64,000 nt of DNA from Pseudomonadota bacterium (GTDB lineage Bacteria; Pseudomonadota; Gammaproteobacteria; Burkholderiales; Chitinibacteraceae): assembly GCA_026399755.1 (NCBI GenBank), contig JAPLQI010000110.1:1603-65602 (forward strand). Reading direction: 5' to 3'. Made by a program: the position numbers and the translations under genes. The stretch's first letter is position 1, and every line of letters begins with the position of its first letter. Below, piece after piece: positions 10,414-20,379 of this stretch. A model generated the notes under the pieces. The model was not told where the DNA came from, did not search any database, and saw only the letters and a list, made by a program, of their open reading frames with translations.

Positions 10414-11560
10414 TATGATTCTCAGATAAAAAATGGAATAAACGGCCGCCTACGGCTTGTGCAGTGCTATACAGCGCTTCATTAGGCGGGGTTTCATGAC
10501 AAACTAATACATGATCGTACTGGCCGAGTGTGACGTTATAAATATAATTTTCGACCCCCTCGCCATAGTTATCCGAAAAGCTCAAGGCTTGGCTCACCGC
10601 ACCCCATGTCAGGATGGGTGAACGTGTGGTCGATTGCACCAGCACATCTACGCCCAATGCTTCTAGTGCACTACCCAGCAGAAAAGCCAGATGCATAAAC
10701 TCGCCCGTGCCTAAAACCAACACTCGCTCACCAGCCTTCATACTAGCGGCTAATTTTTGCGCCAAAGCATGGGGAGCCGCCAGCGCACGATTCAGCCCCA
10801 AGCGGCCAAAATCGCCATTTGCGCCACGATCAGCGTGCGCCTCAAACACCTGCGCCGCGCCACTGGGCGGCTGCAAGTTGCCAGCTGTAAACACATATTC
10901 ACCGCTTAAGCTGGCGGCAATTGATACAGGAATACCAAAGCGTTGCGATAGAGCCTCGTTCGCGTCCTTTCCCATAAAATTGGTAATGGTGGCGAGGTGG
11001 ACGTGCTCGATGAGGGGGTTCAGTACCCGACAGGCATTGCTTAAATTCAAAAAGGTATTGCCGGTACTGGCTTCATCGTCCACCAGCACGAGGGATTTAG
11101 CGCTTAGCAGCAGCGCTCGCAACTCGGCATCTTGTGGCATATGCAAAAACTGCCGTGGTGCATGGCTGTGTGCTTCGGCAAATTCAATAATCTCTGCCCC
11201 ACCAACGTGATAACGCGAGGTGTGTAAAAACAGCGCTTCTGTATCCGGATGAGCGTCTTTATAAGCCTCAAAAACCCCTTGCCCCAAGCCAATCGCCGTC
11301 TCAGCCATGGCGATAAACACCACCGGGCTGGGTAAATCGGCAGGGACTTGCTCGGCTAAATCCACATGGATTTTACGCATCAGCGAGGGGCGCACCGGCC
11401 AGTGCTTGCCCAGCACCTTGCTTAAAAAAAGAAACCCCCGCTTGGCATTGGCGCGCGCCGCAAAGCCCATCAGCTCGTCCACGCTAAATGCGCCCGCATC
11501 AACGGTGAGTTCCATCAGGCCAGTGGGTAATTCAACCTTAATCGTTTGCGGACTAGTCAT
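10391..11560 (-). CDS. Phosphoribosyltransferase domain protein with TRSP domain
   Basis: RANAKRGFLFLSKVLGKH, PRPP-loop LVDDEASTGNT, VQSTTRSP; TAATG coupling at 11560. Confidence 0.85.
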   Translation of the reverse strand: MTSPQTIKVELPTGLMELTVDAGAFSVDELMGFAARANAKRGFLFLSKVLGKHWPVRPSLMRKIHVDLAEQVPADLPSPVVFIAMAETAIGLGQGVFEAYKDAHPDTEALFLHTSRYHVGGAEIIEFAEAHSHAPRQFLHMPQDAELRALLLSAKSLVLVDDEASTGNTFLNLSNACRVLNPLIEHVHLATITNFMGKDANEALSQRFGIPVSIAASLSGEYVFTAGNLQPPSGAAQVFEAHADRGANGDFGRLGLNRALAAPHALAQKLAASMKAGERVLVLGTGEFMHLAFLLGSALEALGVDVLVQSTTRSPILTWGAVSQALSFSDNYGEGVENYIYNVTLGQYDHVLVCHETPPNEALYSTAQAVGGRLFHFLSENHIEEISVR

Positions 11561-12615
11561 TACAGCGCCGCGCATGATGCTTCAACTTCGGCATCGGCCA
11601 GCACGGCCGCACGGCCCAGCTCGGCAACCCGAATACCATGCCTCACTTCTGGAATATGCACCTTATCAAAACCGCGATCAAAGCCCGCCAAAGCGAGGTA
11701 AGGTAAATTAGCCCCTGCAAGGCAGGCCATGGCAATGCCGCCAGACATACGCGGATTAATTTCTAAGAGGCCAAGGCCGCCCGCTCTTTCTTTGAATTGC
11801 ACATTAAAATTGCCATTTAGGCCAAAGGTTTTAGCCAGCTGGCGCACGCTATCTAAAATATCGCTACGCATTTCAATCATCTGGCCACGGCCAGCTTGCT
11901 TCATTTTTTTGCGCGGCACGGCGCAAACCAAGCGGCCATTGTCGCCAACGCAATCCACGCTGTATTCATGGCCATCTAGATATTCCATGACAATCATGGT
12001 TTTAAACGTGCCCATTTCAGCAAAGCCACGACGCAAATCATCCAAGCCAATATGGTATTGCACGCCTTCTACCAATAGCTGCGCGCTGGAGCGCTCTTCT
12101 TCAATCACCGCAAAACCTAGGCCAAACACCGATTTGGCTGGCTTAATACAGAGCTTGGCATGATCTTGCTTAAGCGCTTGATAAGCCGCTTCAAACTGCT
12201 CGGCGGTTTCTACAACCCGAAACGCGGCCTGTGGCGTGAGCGGCAAATCAACCATTTGATAAAACGCTGCCTTATCGTGTATCAATTCCAGCATTTCAGT
12301 AGAGGCCACGGATAAAACACGCGTGCCCTGCTGCTCAAAGCGCTCACGCTCCGCACTGATTAATACGGCTTCCTTGCCGGGGATAAAAATCGTGATGGCG
12401 TGATCAAGACAAAATTGTAAGCACCATGCCAGATACGCTTCACCTTGCAGGCCGGAAGGCTCAACTGCATATTCGTGAGCCTCTTGAAACGATGCTGCAT
12501 ATGGATTGGTATGACTGGAGACGATGTGATAATCGCCCGCAAGATCGGCCTCGCGAATCAGGCTGATGGCTACGGCGACAGAGGAAAATGTTTTATTGAA
12601 CCAGACGTGCTGCAT
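11560..12615 (-). CDS. ATP-grasp domain protein
   Basis: VWFNKTFSS N-terminus, CIKPA, MEYLDGHEYSVD, LEINPRMSGG; start moved to ATG 12615. Confidence 0.87.
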   Translation of the reverse strand: MQHVWFNKTFSSVAVAISLIREADLAGDYHIVSSHTNPYAASFQEAHEYAVEPSGLQGEAYLAWCLQFCLDHAITIFIPGKEAVLISAERERFEQQGTRVLSVASTEMLELIHDKAAFYQMVDLPLTPQAAFRVVETAEQFEAAYQALKQDHAKLCIKPAKSVFGLGFAVIEEERSSAQLLVEGVQYHIGLDDLRRGFAEMGTFKTMIVMEYLDGHEYSVDCVGDNGRLVCAVPRKKMKQAGRGQMIEMRSDILDSVRQLAKTFGLNGNFNVQFKERAGGLGLLEINPRMSGGIAMACLAGANLPYLALAGFDRGFDKVHIPEVRHGIRVAELGRAAVLADAEVEASCAAL

Positions 12616-12853
12616 AGATGCCTTCAGGAAACGAGCCAACAATATGTCGGGCTAAATTCCTGACTAAAAAAGAGCCAGATTTATTCGTATCCAGAGCTTT
12701 CAATAGCGATTAGCCAAAAAACTCAAAAATAGCTCCTAAACAAATGGCGCTTTACCAGAGGCAATCAAACCCGACATACAACTAGCGCGGGGCTTATTTC
12801 CACAAGATTGCGGAAATAAGCCACCACGCGATAGAGAATTAAAATACTTATTT

Positions 12854-12937
12854 TTACAGGTGCAGCGTGATTTGTGGCCTCAGCTCATCAAAGGTACGGC
12901 TATTGCCAATTTCACCGATGGCGTGCATTTTCCACTC
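12854..12937 (-). repeat. Diverged tandem duplicate of the last 84 nt of terZ
   Basis: Aligns with 12944-13027 with 8 substitutions; period 90 nt. Confidence 0.95.
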
Positions 12938-12943
12938 CTCACA

Positions 12944-13525
12944 TTACAGGTGCGGTGTAATTTGCGGCATCAGTTCATCAAAGGTACGGCCATTACCAAT
13001 TTCACCGATGGCGTGCATTTTCCACTCATTATTATGACGATATAGCTTGGCCATAATTTGTGCATTGTGCGAGCCCAGTGCGGACAGGTTGAAACGAGCG
13101 ACTTCTTTATTGTCATTCGCGTTCAGGATACGGCAAGTGGCATTGGCAATTTGCGAGAAATTCTGACCAGTGAAGCTATTCACCGTGAAGACCAAGCTTT
13201 TAACGTTGGCAGGCACGCGGCTCAGATCAACCACAATTTGCTCATCATCGCCATCGCCTTCACCAGTGCGATTGTCACCAGTATGCGTTACCGAGCCATC
13301 TTTAGATTTCAGCTGGCGAAACCATACAGCATCAATTGGATGATTTTGCTCATCAAACAAGATGCAAGACGCATCTAAGTCGATATCAGGTGCGCTGCCG
13401 CCAAAGCCCAAGAAACCTTTAGACTTCACCGCATCCCAGGCAAGGCCCATGATGATTTTGCTTAATGTAACGCCAGCCTCTTTATCGAGGGAAATCTTTT
13501 GGCCTTTTTCTAGGTTAATCGCCAT
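12944..13525 (-). CDS. terZ: TerZ-type TerD-family protein
   Basis: KGFLGFGG insert, IDLDASC, GDNRTGEGDGDDE, FTVNSF; AAGGAG RBS before ATG 13525. Confidence 0.85.
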   Translation of the reverse strand: MAINLEKGQKISLDKEAGVTLSKIIMGLAWDAVKSKGFLGFGGSAPDIDLDASCILFDEQNHPIDAVWFRQLKSKDGSVTHTGDNRTGEGDGDDEQIVVDLSRVPANVKSLVFTVNSFTGQNFSQIANATCRILNANDNKEVARFNLSALGSHNAQIMAKLYRHNNEWKMHAIGEIGNGRTFDELMPQITPHL

Positions 13526-13550
13526 GCTGTACTCCTTGATGGTGGGTATT

Positions 13551-13775
13551 GTAGGGCGGGTAAAACCCGCCAATGAGGACATGAAATACTAGGAAAACGG
13601 CGGGTTTCACCCAAGCCTATCAACTTAGCCATATGCCATGACATGGCTACACCATGGTAAATATTGAATCATCATAGGGCGGGTGAAACCCGCGTATTTC
13701 TCAGCATTGCTCGCGGGTTTCACCCGCCCTACGAATAACGTTTTACTTACGTTGATAGGACTGGGGTTATCCGCC
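13551..13775. repeat. BIME-like REP mosaic (two REP doublets plus linkers)
   Basis: REP pairs at 13551-13620 and 13674-13732; linkers shared with 33976-34135 and 55772-55830. Confidence 0.85.
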
Positions 13776-13803
13776 AAACAAAGCCCGTTAAGTCAGTTTT
13801 AAT

Positions 13804-14514
13804 TTAAACGCCAGTCTTTTTCTTCAGCCACTCGGCAAAAGAATCTCGGCTTCTGGAGCAAATAAATACCTTACCTGTGCCGCTAAAGCGCAGCACGATG
13901 CCTTCGCCACTGGTTACGCTATTGACTAAATTGCCCAGCATACCGCCCAAGCCACCGCCGGTATTGCCTGTAGTCACGGAGATTTCGTATTGCAAATTAT
14001 TGTCCCAGCACACCACATGCGAGTTATCAATAATCACATCCTTACCTGGGGTGACATCCAGCTCAAACATCGAGCCAAAGCCCGACACCACCACCTGCCC
14101 TGTACCGGAGGTTTCCATAATAAAAAAACCACCAGACTGGGCAAATAATGCGTTACCAATACTTTGCGTGCGCACTTTCATTTCTGTGCCCGATGTTGCC
14201 GCAACAAAAGCGCCATCATTCAATAAATACTGTGTTTTGCCCACATCAACCACGCGTAAAGCACCTGGCAATGTTGGGGACAACAGGCAATCGCCTTCAC
14301 CCCTTACCGCCTCAATTTGCTGCTGAAAGAAAGACTCGCCATTAGCAAAGCGACGCATAATCGCCCCGCCTATGCCGCCATTCATGCTGCCTTTTAAATC
14401 CAGATTGGCTTCCATCATCACCATTGCATCAGATTCGCAATAGATCTTGTCACCCTTTTGTAAAGACACGTGCAAAAACGGATCAACATCACCGGTAGCA
14501 GTAAATACAGTCAT
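13804..14514 (-). CDS. AIM24 (TIGR00266-like) family protein
   Basis: ESDAMVMM, GESFF, GGFFIMETSGTG, IDNSHVVCW. Confidence 0.85.
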   Translation of the reverse strand: MTVFTATGDVDPFLHVSLQKGDKIYCESDAMVMMEANLDLKGSMNGGIGGAIMRRFANGESFFQQQIEAVRGEGDCLLSPTLPGALRVVDVGKTQYLLNDGAFVAATSGTEMKVRTQSIGNALFAQSGGFFIMETSGTGQVVVSGFGSMFELDVTPGKDVIIDNSHVVCWDNNLQYEISVTTGNTGGGLGGMLGNLVNSVTSGEGIVLRFSGTGKVFICSRSRDSFAEWLKKKTGV

Positions 14515-14555
14515 TGTGCAGTAACACCTTTAATTAGTTTTTTGCTTTACACATA

Positions 14556-15857
14556 TTAAATAAGGCCATGTTGCGCAGCCAGCTTGAGCCAGCCTGGGTA
14601 TTCCGTCATCAGTAGGTCATACAGCGCAGCATCTGAATGCTCATCAGGGGAGCTCAGTGAGAAATAATCGGCATTATCAATCAAGCGCCCTGGTAAATCA
14701 TCAAGGCTTTCCAAAAAAGGGAAATCAGAGTCGGAAAACGCTAATAAGCGTTTACTCTTGGATTTTCTGCCCTTACCAATCCCCATAAATTGCCAGAAAA
14801 TCGGCTCTTTACTCGACCAGCGCAATTGCTTTTCGGTGAGGGTTTGATCTGAGGTAGATCCATCAGTTACAAACATCACATACACCGGCTGGCTGGCTTT
14901 ACTCAGCCCTTGGCATTCGCCACCGGCGTTTTCTGGAAAGTAAAATTTGCGTATCGCCTCCATCGCACGCCCGTAGCGCGTATCGCCTTCTAAGGGGTGG
15001 CGCTGGATAATCTGTTGGATATAACCATGGAAATTGGCTAATTCCATAGGTGCTGGCTGATGGACTTTTTCGCCAAATAAAAACACATCAATCGCACCGT
15101 CATCATCAAACTGGCAGGCCAATGCAAGGATGCGCTCTGCAAAAGATTGTACTAGCCCCTTTTTATATAGGGCACTCATTGAGCCAGAAATATCAAGGCA
15201 TAAACAGACTCTGGCGCGATGGCGCTCTAAGCCTGCTTTTTGCAGCGATACGCCCGCAGCCTTATGTAAATTGACCAGTTGCGGCGCGACGCTCGCTATT
15301 TTTTTCTCTAAAGATACCTTTGCTGCCGGTAGCGGATCGTCTGCCACACTGCCGCCAAAATGGGTAACTAAGGCATCTAAGCCACCATCAAAGCCTTGGC
15401 CAACGGCCATAAAACGCCAATCACCTTCTTTGCGATAAAACTCGCCCAGCATTAAGGCGCGCTCGGCGGAAAAATCAGCGCCTAAAAAAGAAAAGCGGGC
15501 ATGTTCACGCTCCCCTTCAGTAATTCTTAAATAACCTGAGCGCAAAAGCGACATCGTTCCGCCCTCGCTCGCACTCACAGCCACAACGACACGCTCAATA
15601 CTGCGGGGTAATTTTTCGAGCTGGAAAGCAAAACCTGTCGCATCACCCTGCACATTGCATACTTCAACCCCGCCACAGGGGGTGCGGGTTTGATTAAAAA
15701 ACGTCATATAACGATCGTCAGATAATTTGCCAGCCGAATCAAGCCCAAAGCAGGCAAAGTCGACTGGCAAACCTTCCGCAAGCAAACCCACTTGAAAAGA
15801 CCCCGCCGGAATCACTTCTCGAATATTCAGGCGCTGGCCCTTTGCAAGTAGAGTCAT
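14556..15857 (-). CDS. TerD domain plus vWA (TerF-like) protein
   Basis: N-terminal TerD fold (GQGFDGGL); vWA MIDAS LDISGSM and FVTDG; IFWQFMGIG. Confidence 0.87.
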   Translation of the reverse strand: MTLLAKGQRLNIREVIPAGSFQVGLLAEGLPVDFACFGLDSAGKLSDDRYMTFFNQTRTPCGGVEVCNVQGDATGFAFQLEKLPRSIERVVVAVSASEGGTMSLLRSGYLRITEGEREHARFSFLGADFSAERALMLGEFYRKEGDWRFMAVGQGFDGGLDALVTHFGGSVADDPLPAAKVSLEKKIASVAPQLVNLHKAAGVSLQKAGLERHRARVCLCLDISGSMSALYKKGLVQSFAERILALACQFDDDGAIDVFLFGEKVHQPAPMELANFHGYIQQIIQRHPLEGDTRYGRAMEAIRKFYFPENAGGECQGLSKASQPVYVMFVTDGSTSDQTLTEKQLRWSSKEPIFWQFMGIGKGRKSKSKRLLAFSDSDFPFLESLDDLPGRLIDNADYFSLSSPDEHSDAALYDLLMTEYPGWLKLAAQHGLI

Positions 15858-15870
15858 AGTGCGAACCTTA

Positions 15871-16446
15871 TTAAGCGCTAATACCGAAAGAACGTGCTAA
15901 GGGGCCTAAGCCACCTGCAAAGCCTTGGCCTACCGCTTTGAATTTCCACTCTGCGCCAGCACGGTAGATTTCACCGAAGATCATGGCTGTTTCTGTTGAG
16001 CTGTCTTCTGATAAATCATAACGTGCGATTTCTTTATCGCCATTGGCATCAAGGCAGCGGATATACGCTTTGCCTACCATACCAAAGTTTTGCTTACGTG
16101 CTTCGGCATCATGAATCGTCACGCCAACGGTGATTTTTTCGATGTCCGCAGGCACTAAAGCCAAATCAATCACAATTTTTTCATCGTCGCCATCGCCTTG
16201 GCCGCTGGTGTTGTCACCCGCGTGGGTTACTGAGCCATCGGTTGATTTCAAGTTATTGTAAAAAATGAAATCTGAATCAGCGCGAACCTTGCCATCTGCT
16301 TTCAACAGAAAAGCACTGCCGTCCAAATCGAAGGCCGAACCATCGGTAGCGCGTGGATCCCAACCTAGACCAAGTACCAACTTTTTGAGGGAAGGCGCTT
16401 CTTTACTTAAATTGACGTTACCGCCTTTTTGTAGACTAATAGCCAT
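15871..16446 (-). CDS. TerD/TerE family protein
   Basis: [28 protein letters not shown]. Confidence 0.92.
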   Translation of the reverse strand: MAISLQKGGNVNLSKEAPSLKKLVLGLGWDPRATDGSAFDLDGSAFLLKADGKVRADSDFIFYNNLKSTDGSVTHAGDNTSGQGDGDDEKIVIDLALVPADIEKITVGVTIHDAEARKQNFGMVGKAYIRCLDANGDKEIARYDLSEDSSTETAMIFGEIYRAGAEWKFKAVGQGFAGGLGPLARSFGISA

Positions 16447-16814
16447 GAACGATATTCCTTTAAAAAATGAACGATACGCCTTACGATTAAACGGCGACTA
16501 TCTTACAAAAAACACACATCAAACAAAACAATACCAAGAAAACTATCCGCCGAGTGTCTTCCACTCAGGCCGAAATGATCAAAGTTATACCTGCACACGA
16601 TGAAGCTTTATAGGTTTGTTCACTCTCGCTCGTTTTCAAGCGAAGCAAGAGAAGTAATTATATTTATTAAAAATTTCTTGCACCTATTATCAGCAATATC
16701 AGCTGCATAATCGGAGCAATATTCAGCTTAAAATGCCATCTGCTTACAGAAGACAGGACAAATACATAAAAGTTTCACACAGCACTATTTTTTATCATCG
16801 CTGTTCAAACCGAT

Positions 16815-18314
16815 CTACATGCCCGCCTCGCCCACCATCTGCACCACCACTAACCTGCCACCCTCGCACTTATCGAGCAAAATTTGCTGCCCGTCTTTCA
16901 AGGCCAATTTACCGCCAATAGCCACGGTTTGCTTAGTCGCCACATCCATTAAATCGGGCAGACCCACATTAAAAATCCACCACACATTGCGATAGAAAAT
17001 AAAGTAGGCCACGCGTTGCTGTTGATCCTCGGTCAGCTTTTCATTCGAGGCCAGCAAATAATTGGCGTGCCACGGATAAAGCGATTGCCCTTCCCACACC
17101 ATTAAGCGGTGGTTATCAGGCCGAAACTGCCCCTCTTGGCGGGATGAATACAGATTAAGCACCGGCAGCTGGCCGTGATAAGCCGAGCCACAAAACGGGC
17201 AAGCGGGCTGGGTGGAGTTATCAAACACAAACCATTTTTGCTCGCAGCGGCAAGGCAGTGCTAGATCTATGGTTTTAAGCAGTGCCGTTTCCCAATCATT
17301 GGCCGATGGGCGCTTAGTCGGCTGATGCAGCCCGTCAACAAAAGCTTGCTTAAACAGCGGCGCCAGATAAGGCCCGGTCAGAGTGTAAGGTAACTTACTA
17401 GCATCGGCCCACGGCAGCTCTGTCGGCTTGGCGTCATTCAGATTAATGCGATTGCTTGAATCGCTAGGATGCTCAATAAACAGCGCACGCTCGCCCATAG
17501 CAAGCGCTTCGTCACGCTGCTCATCATTCATATCGTGTACTTTGCCGCCGCGCAGAGGGTGGCGATACAGCAAATACATATAGATCAGCACGGCCAGCGC
17601 ATGCTGGTCTGTTTCGCGGCGTGGCAAATTGCGCTGCGGATCGCCCTTGGCTAAATGGCTGGTGCTCACTACTTCGGGCGCAATAAAATCAGGCGTGCCC
17701 ACCACATCCGGCGGATAGCGGCCCGGCACCACTAGGCCATCCACATCAATCACGCAGGCAAAACCACCGGATGGATCGACCAGCACGTTTTTATACGACA
17801 AATCAGAATGCGCAAGCCCTGCCATATGCATACGGCGCACCGCACGGGCAATCAACACGCAGATTTTTAAATGGCTAAGCCAATCGCCCAGCTCGCGCTG
17901 ATCGACAAAACGCTGGCGTAAATTGGCGGCAGCAAACCACTTGCCTTCCTTTTCCTTACCCTTGATCTCGAGCATGTCGTGGTTTTTGGAGCCAAATTCA
18001 AAGAAAAAATGCGCAGGATAAGTTGGAGCAATCAGCCCGTGTCGCCCCTCGTACTCTAAAAGCGCCGTTGGCCAGCAAAATAGGTTTTTCCAGTAATCGC
18101 CGCCCGCCTGATTAAAAATCCCCTCGCGGTATTTGCCGATAATCATCTGCAAACGCTCAAGCGCCTGAGCGTCCTGTTGCTTCTTATAAAACGCCACCAC
18201 ATAAGATTTATCCGGCGAAAAATACACCTCTTTCATCGCCCCAGAAGCAATCATCTCATCCACAAACTCAACGAGCTGCCCATCCAATGTGCGGCACTGA
18301 ATCACCTTCGCCAT
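16815..18314 (-). CDS. TerY-associated Ser/Thr kinase-like protein with Zn-ribbon and C-terminal domain
   Basis: HSDLSYKN catalytic loop, DVDG, GTPDFIAPE, C-x-C...CPFCG; AGGAG RBS before ATG 18314 (the ORF-track start lies in a repeat). Confidence 0.87.
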   Translation of the reverse strand: MAKVIQCRTLDGQLVEFVDEMIASGAMKEVYFSPDKSYVVAFYKKQQDAQALERLQMIIGKYREGIFNQAGGDYWKNLFCWPTALLEYEGRHGLIAPTYPAHFFFEFGSKNHDMLEIKGKEKEGKWFAAANLRQRFVDQRELGDWLSHLKICVLIARAVRRMHMAGLAHSDLSYKNVLVDPSGGFACVIDVDGLVVPGRYPPDVVGTPDFIAPEVVSTSHLAKGDPQRNLPRRETDQHALAVLIYMYLLYRHPLRGGKVHDMNDEQRDEALAMGERALFIEHPSDSSNRINLNDAKPTELPWADASKLPYTLTGPYLAPLFKQAFVDGLHQPTKRPSANDWETALLKTIDLALPCRCEQKWFVFDNSTQPACPFCGSAYHGQLPVLNLYSSRQEGQFRPDNHRLMVWEGQSLYPWHANYLLASNEKLTEDQQQRVAYFIFYRNVWWIFNVGLPDLMDVATKQTVAIGGKLALKDGQQILLDKCEGGRLVVVQMVGEAGM

Positions 18315-18354
18315 ACCTAACTCCTGATTGCCTGCTGCAAATAAAATTGTGAAG

Positions 18355-18688
18355 AAGCCCAAATCTTGAGATCTAAAACCCAAATCTTGAACCACGGAGT
18401 TTGGGAGGACACGGAGGGCCACGGAGAAAACCTTTAGGGGGTATCACTAAAGAAAAAAACATAACAAAAAGATGTTTTTCATAGGGTGTGCAAGTCGCTT
18501 TTCTTGCGCACCGCCCTTTTGCGCTCCGACTGCGTCGTTGTACACCCTATAAAAACTGATTCGTTCCATGACAAAAGTGAATCGCGCATGAACGCGTGGG
18601 CATAAAAACCTACCCACCCTACATTACTAGGTTTTCTCCGTGAAACTCCGTGTTCTCTGGGACCGAAGAGGTTCAAGATTTGGGTTTT
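18355..18688. repeat. Nested repeat composite: inverted CACGGAG pair enclosing GTAG-type REPs
   Basis: Outer arms 18355-18430 and 18630-18688; inner (A/G)TAGGGTG-type REPs at 18481-18622. Confidence 0.8.
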
Positions 18689-18703
18689 AGCAGATACCCC
18701 AAC

Positions 18704-19984
18704 TCAAGCCCAAAGCAGCGCCATGCTTCGGTCATCATGGTGGCCGGGGACGAAAAAACCCATCCAATCCAGCAGGCTTTGCTCTGGATTATCCGCGGCA
18801 AGGCAAGGGGCGATTTCGTTCCAGAGGGCGTCCCATTTATCGCCAGTGGCTAGGCCTTTATCTGTTTCAAACTTGGGATCAGAAATACCATCACTCATCA
18901 AAATCACCGCCGAAATATCGGTATAACGGCCGATTTTCACCCGCTGAGCAAAGCGATCAGAAGCTAAGGCAGCACGGTCTAAAAAGCGGGTTTGGCCTGC
19001 AAATTCACCGCTATCGGGCAGGCCCATCAGCCGCACTTTGCCTTGCGGCCCATAGGCGGCAATCGCGCCATCGCCCATCCAAAATGTGGCTACAAAGAGC
19101 TGCGTGCCTTCCCGCTTTACAGCCGCAGCTAATAAAGTTGTAGCGTAATCCTTGGCATCCCCCTGCTGTAATGCCGCAGCCTGCTCTATGGCATCCACCG
19201 CCAAAGCCGCGGCATCGTAAAACAGAGAATGAAACTGCCTACCGATTTGCCCGCTAATGGATTCGGGATCAGCATCCCAGCCTTGCAGCGCATGATGAAT
19301 GCTGATTCCAAGATCCCCTTTTAATGCCGCCAGCAAATGCTCACCCGCAGTTTCTACCGCCAGCTTTGAACCATAGCGGGAATACTTGGCACTGCCTGCA
19401 CCATCGGCGACCAGCAGCACACTCCAGCCTGATGCCGCATCATGCTGCACAAAAAAATCATCATCCCTGAACAGGCCAGCATGCTCGTGCGAGCGTCCAC
19501 GGCGGCTGGCGGCGGCAATCTTTAAATCACCCGCATTGAGTGCCCGTGCTGCGCTATGTGGCTTGGGATACACAGCGTCACTGGCTGGCTCATTGATCTG
19601 CCACAGGCTGCGCGGATCAGGATTCACCAGCAGCACGCATTGGCCTATATGCCATTGCAAGCCATCCTCCGACCACTGAAAGGTGATGAGATGATCACCA
19701 GCCACTGCGGGCAGCCCCTGTAATTCTCCTTCCTCGCTCAAAGTCAGCGTCAAAGCAGCAGGCAGGCTAATCTCTTTAAACTGCAAGGCCCGACCATTGG
19801 CCGCCACTTCACGCAACTTGCCGCAATAAACCTGCCCCGCCTTGGCATTAGGCGCTTGAAAAACCACTTTGGGGCTAAGCGGCTGGCGTGCCACCGTGCC
19901 AGCAGGCGGTATTGCACCGGGTTTATTGGATAAATGAATAGGCGAGGATTCAGGCGGGGAATTTGAATCGGAAGGAAGATGCAT
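18704..19984 (-). CDS. PP2C-family phosphatase with N-terminal Ig-like segment
   Basis: RGRSH, REDD-like RDDD, VADGAGSA, MGDG, MSDG, DDRS; start uncertain (19984 chosen because the 20113 and 20068 starts lie in the repeat). Confidence 0.82.
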   Translation of the reverse strand: MHLPSDSNSPPESSPIHLSNKPGAIPPAGTVARQPLSPKVVFQAPNAKAGQVYCGKLREVAANGRALQFKEISLPAALTLTLSEEGELQGLPAVAGDHLITFQWSEDGLQWHIGQCVLLVNPDPRSLWQINEPASDAVYPKPHSAARALNAGDLKIAAASRRGRSHEHAGLFRDDDFFVQHDAASGWSVLLVADGAGSAKYSRYGSKLAVETAGEHLLAALKGDLGISIHHALQGWDADPESISGQIGRQFHSLFYDAAALAVDAIEQAAALQQGDAKDYATTLLAAAVKREGTQLFVATFWMGDGAIAAYGPQGKVRLMGLPDSGEFAGQTRFLDRAALASDRFAQRVKIGRYTDISAVILMSDGISDPKFETDKGLATGDKWDALWNEIAPCLAADNPEQSLLDWMGFFVPGHHDDRSMALLWA

Positions 19985-20065
19985 AGCAGTCTCATGTGTT
20001 CCCCGTGGAAGAGTCAGTAGCGGGGAGGTGTCATTTATAAGCAGTGGGCCTTGGGTTGCCCCCTC

Positions 20066-20379
20066 CATACGTACTAAGCAAAGTCTAAAAGATCTTTTTA
20101 GTGCCTTCGGCACGTTGATTTAGGTGCGGGCGTCCCGCGGGACCTTCCTTTCTTGTGTGGCCAAGAAACGAAGCCAAAGAAGGCCACCCCACGAAACACG
20201 AAGGCCCCTACGCTGCGGACAATCGAGTCGGCGGCAGGCGGGATTGGCTCGCTGCCTCGCTCCCTGGCCGAAACCCCGCCCCGCTTGTTTCAAGGGGAGA
20301 TTTAAGCCCCGTGTTGAGAGCGTAGTCGTCATCTTTTTTCTTTGTTTGCTACTCAGAATAAAATTGCTTAATACACATG
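20066..20379 (-). mobile_element. MITE-like element, copy D with target-duplication-like flanks
   Basis: Terminal repeats 20066-20082 and 20363-20379; flanks GGGTTGCCCCCTC (20053-20065) and GGGTTACCCCCTC (20380-20392). Confidence 0.85.
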
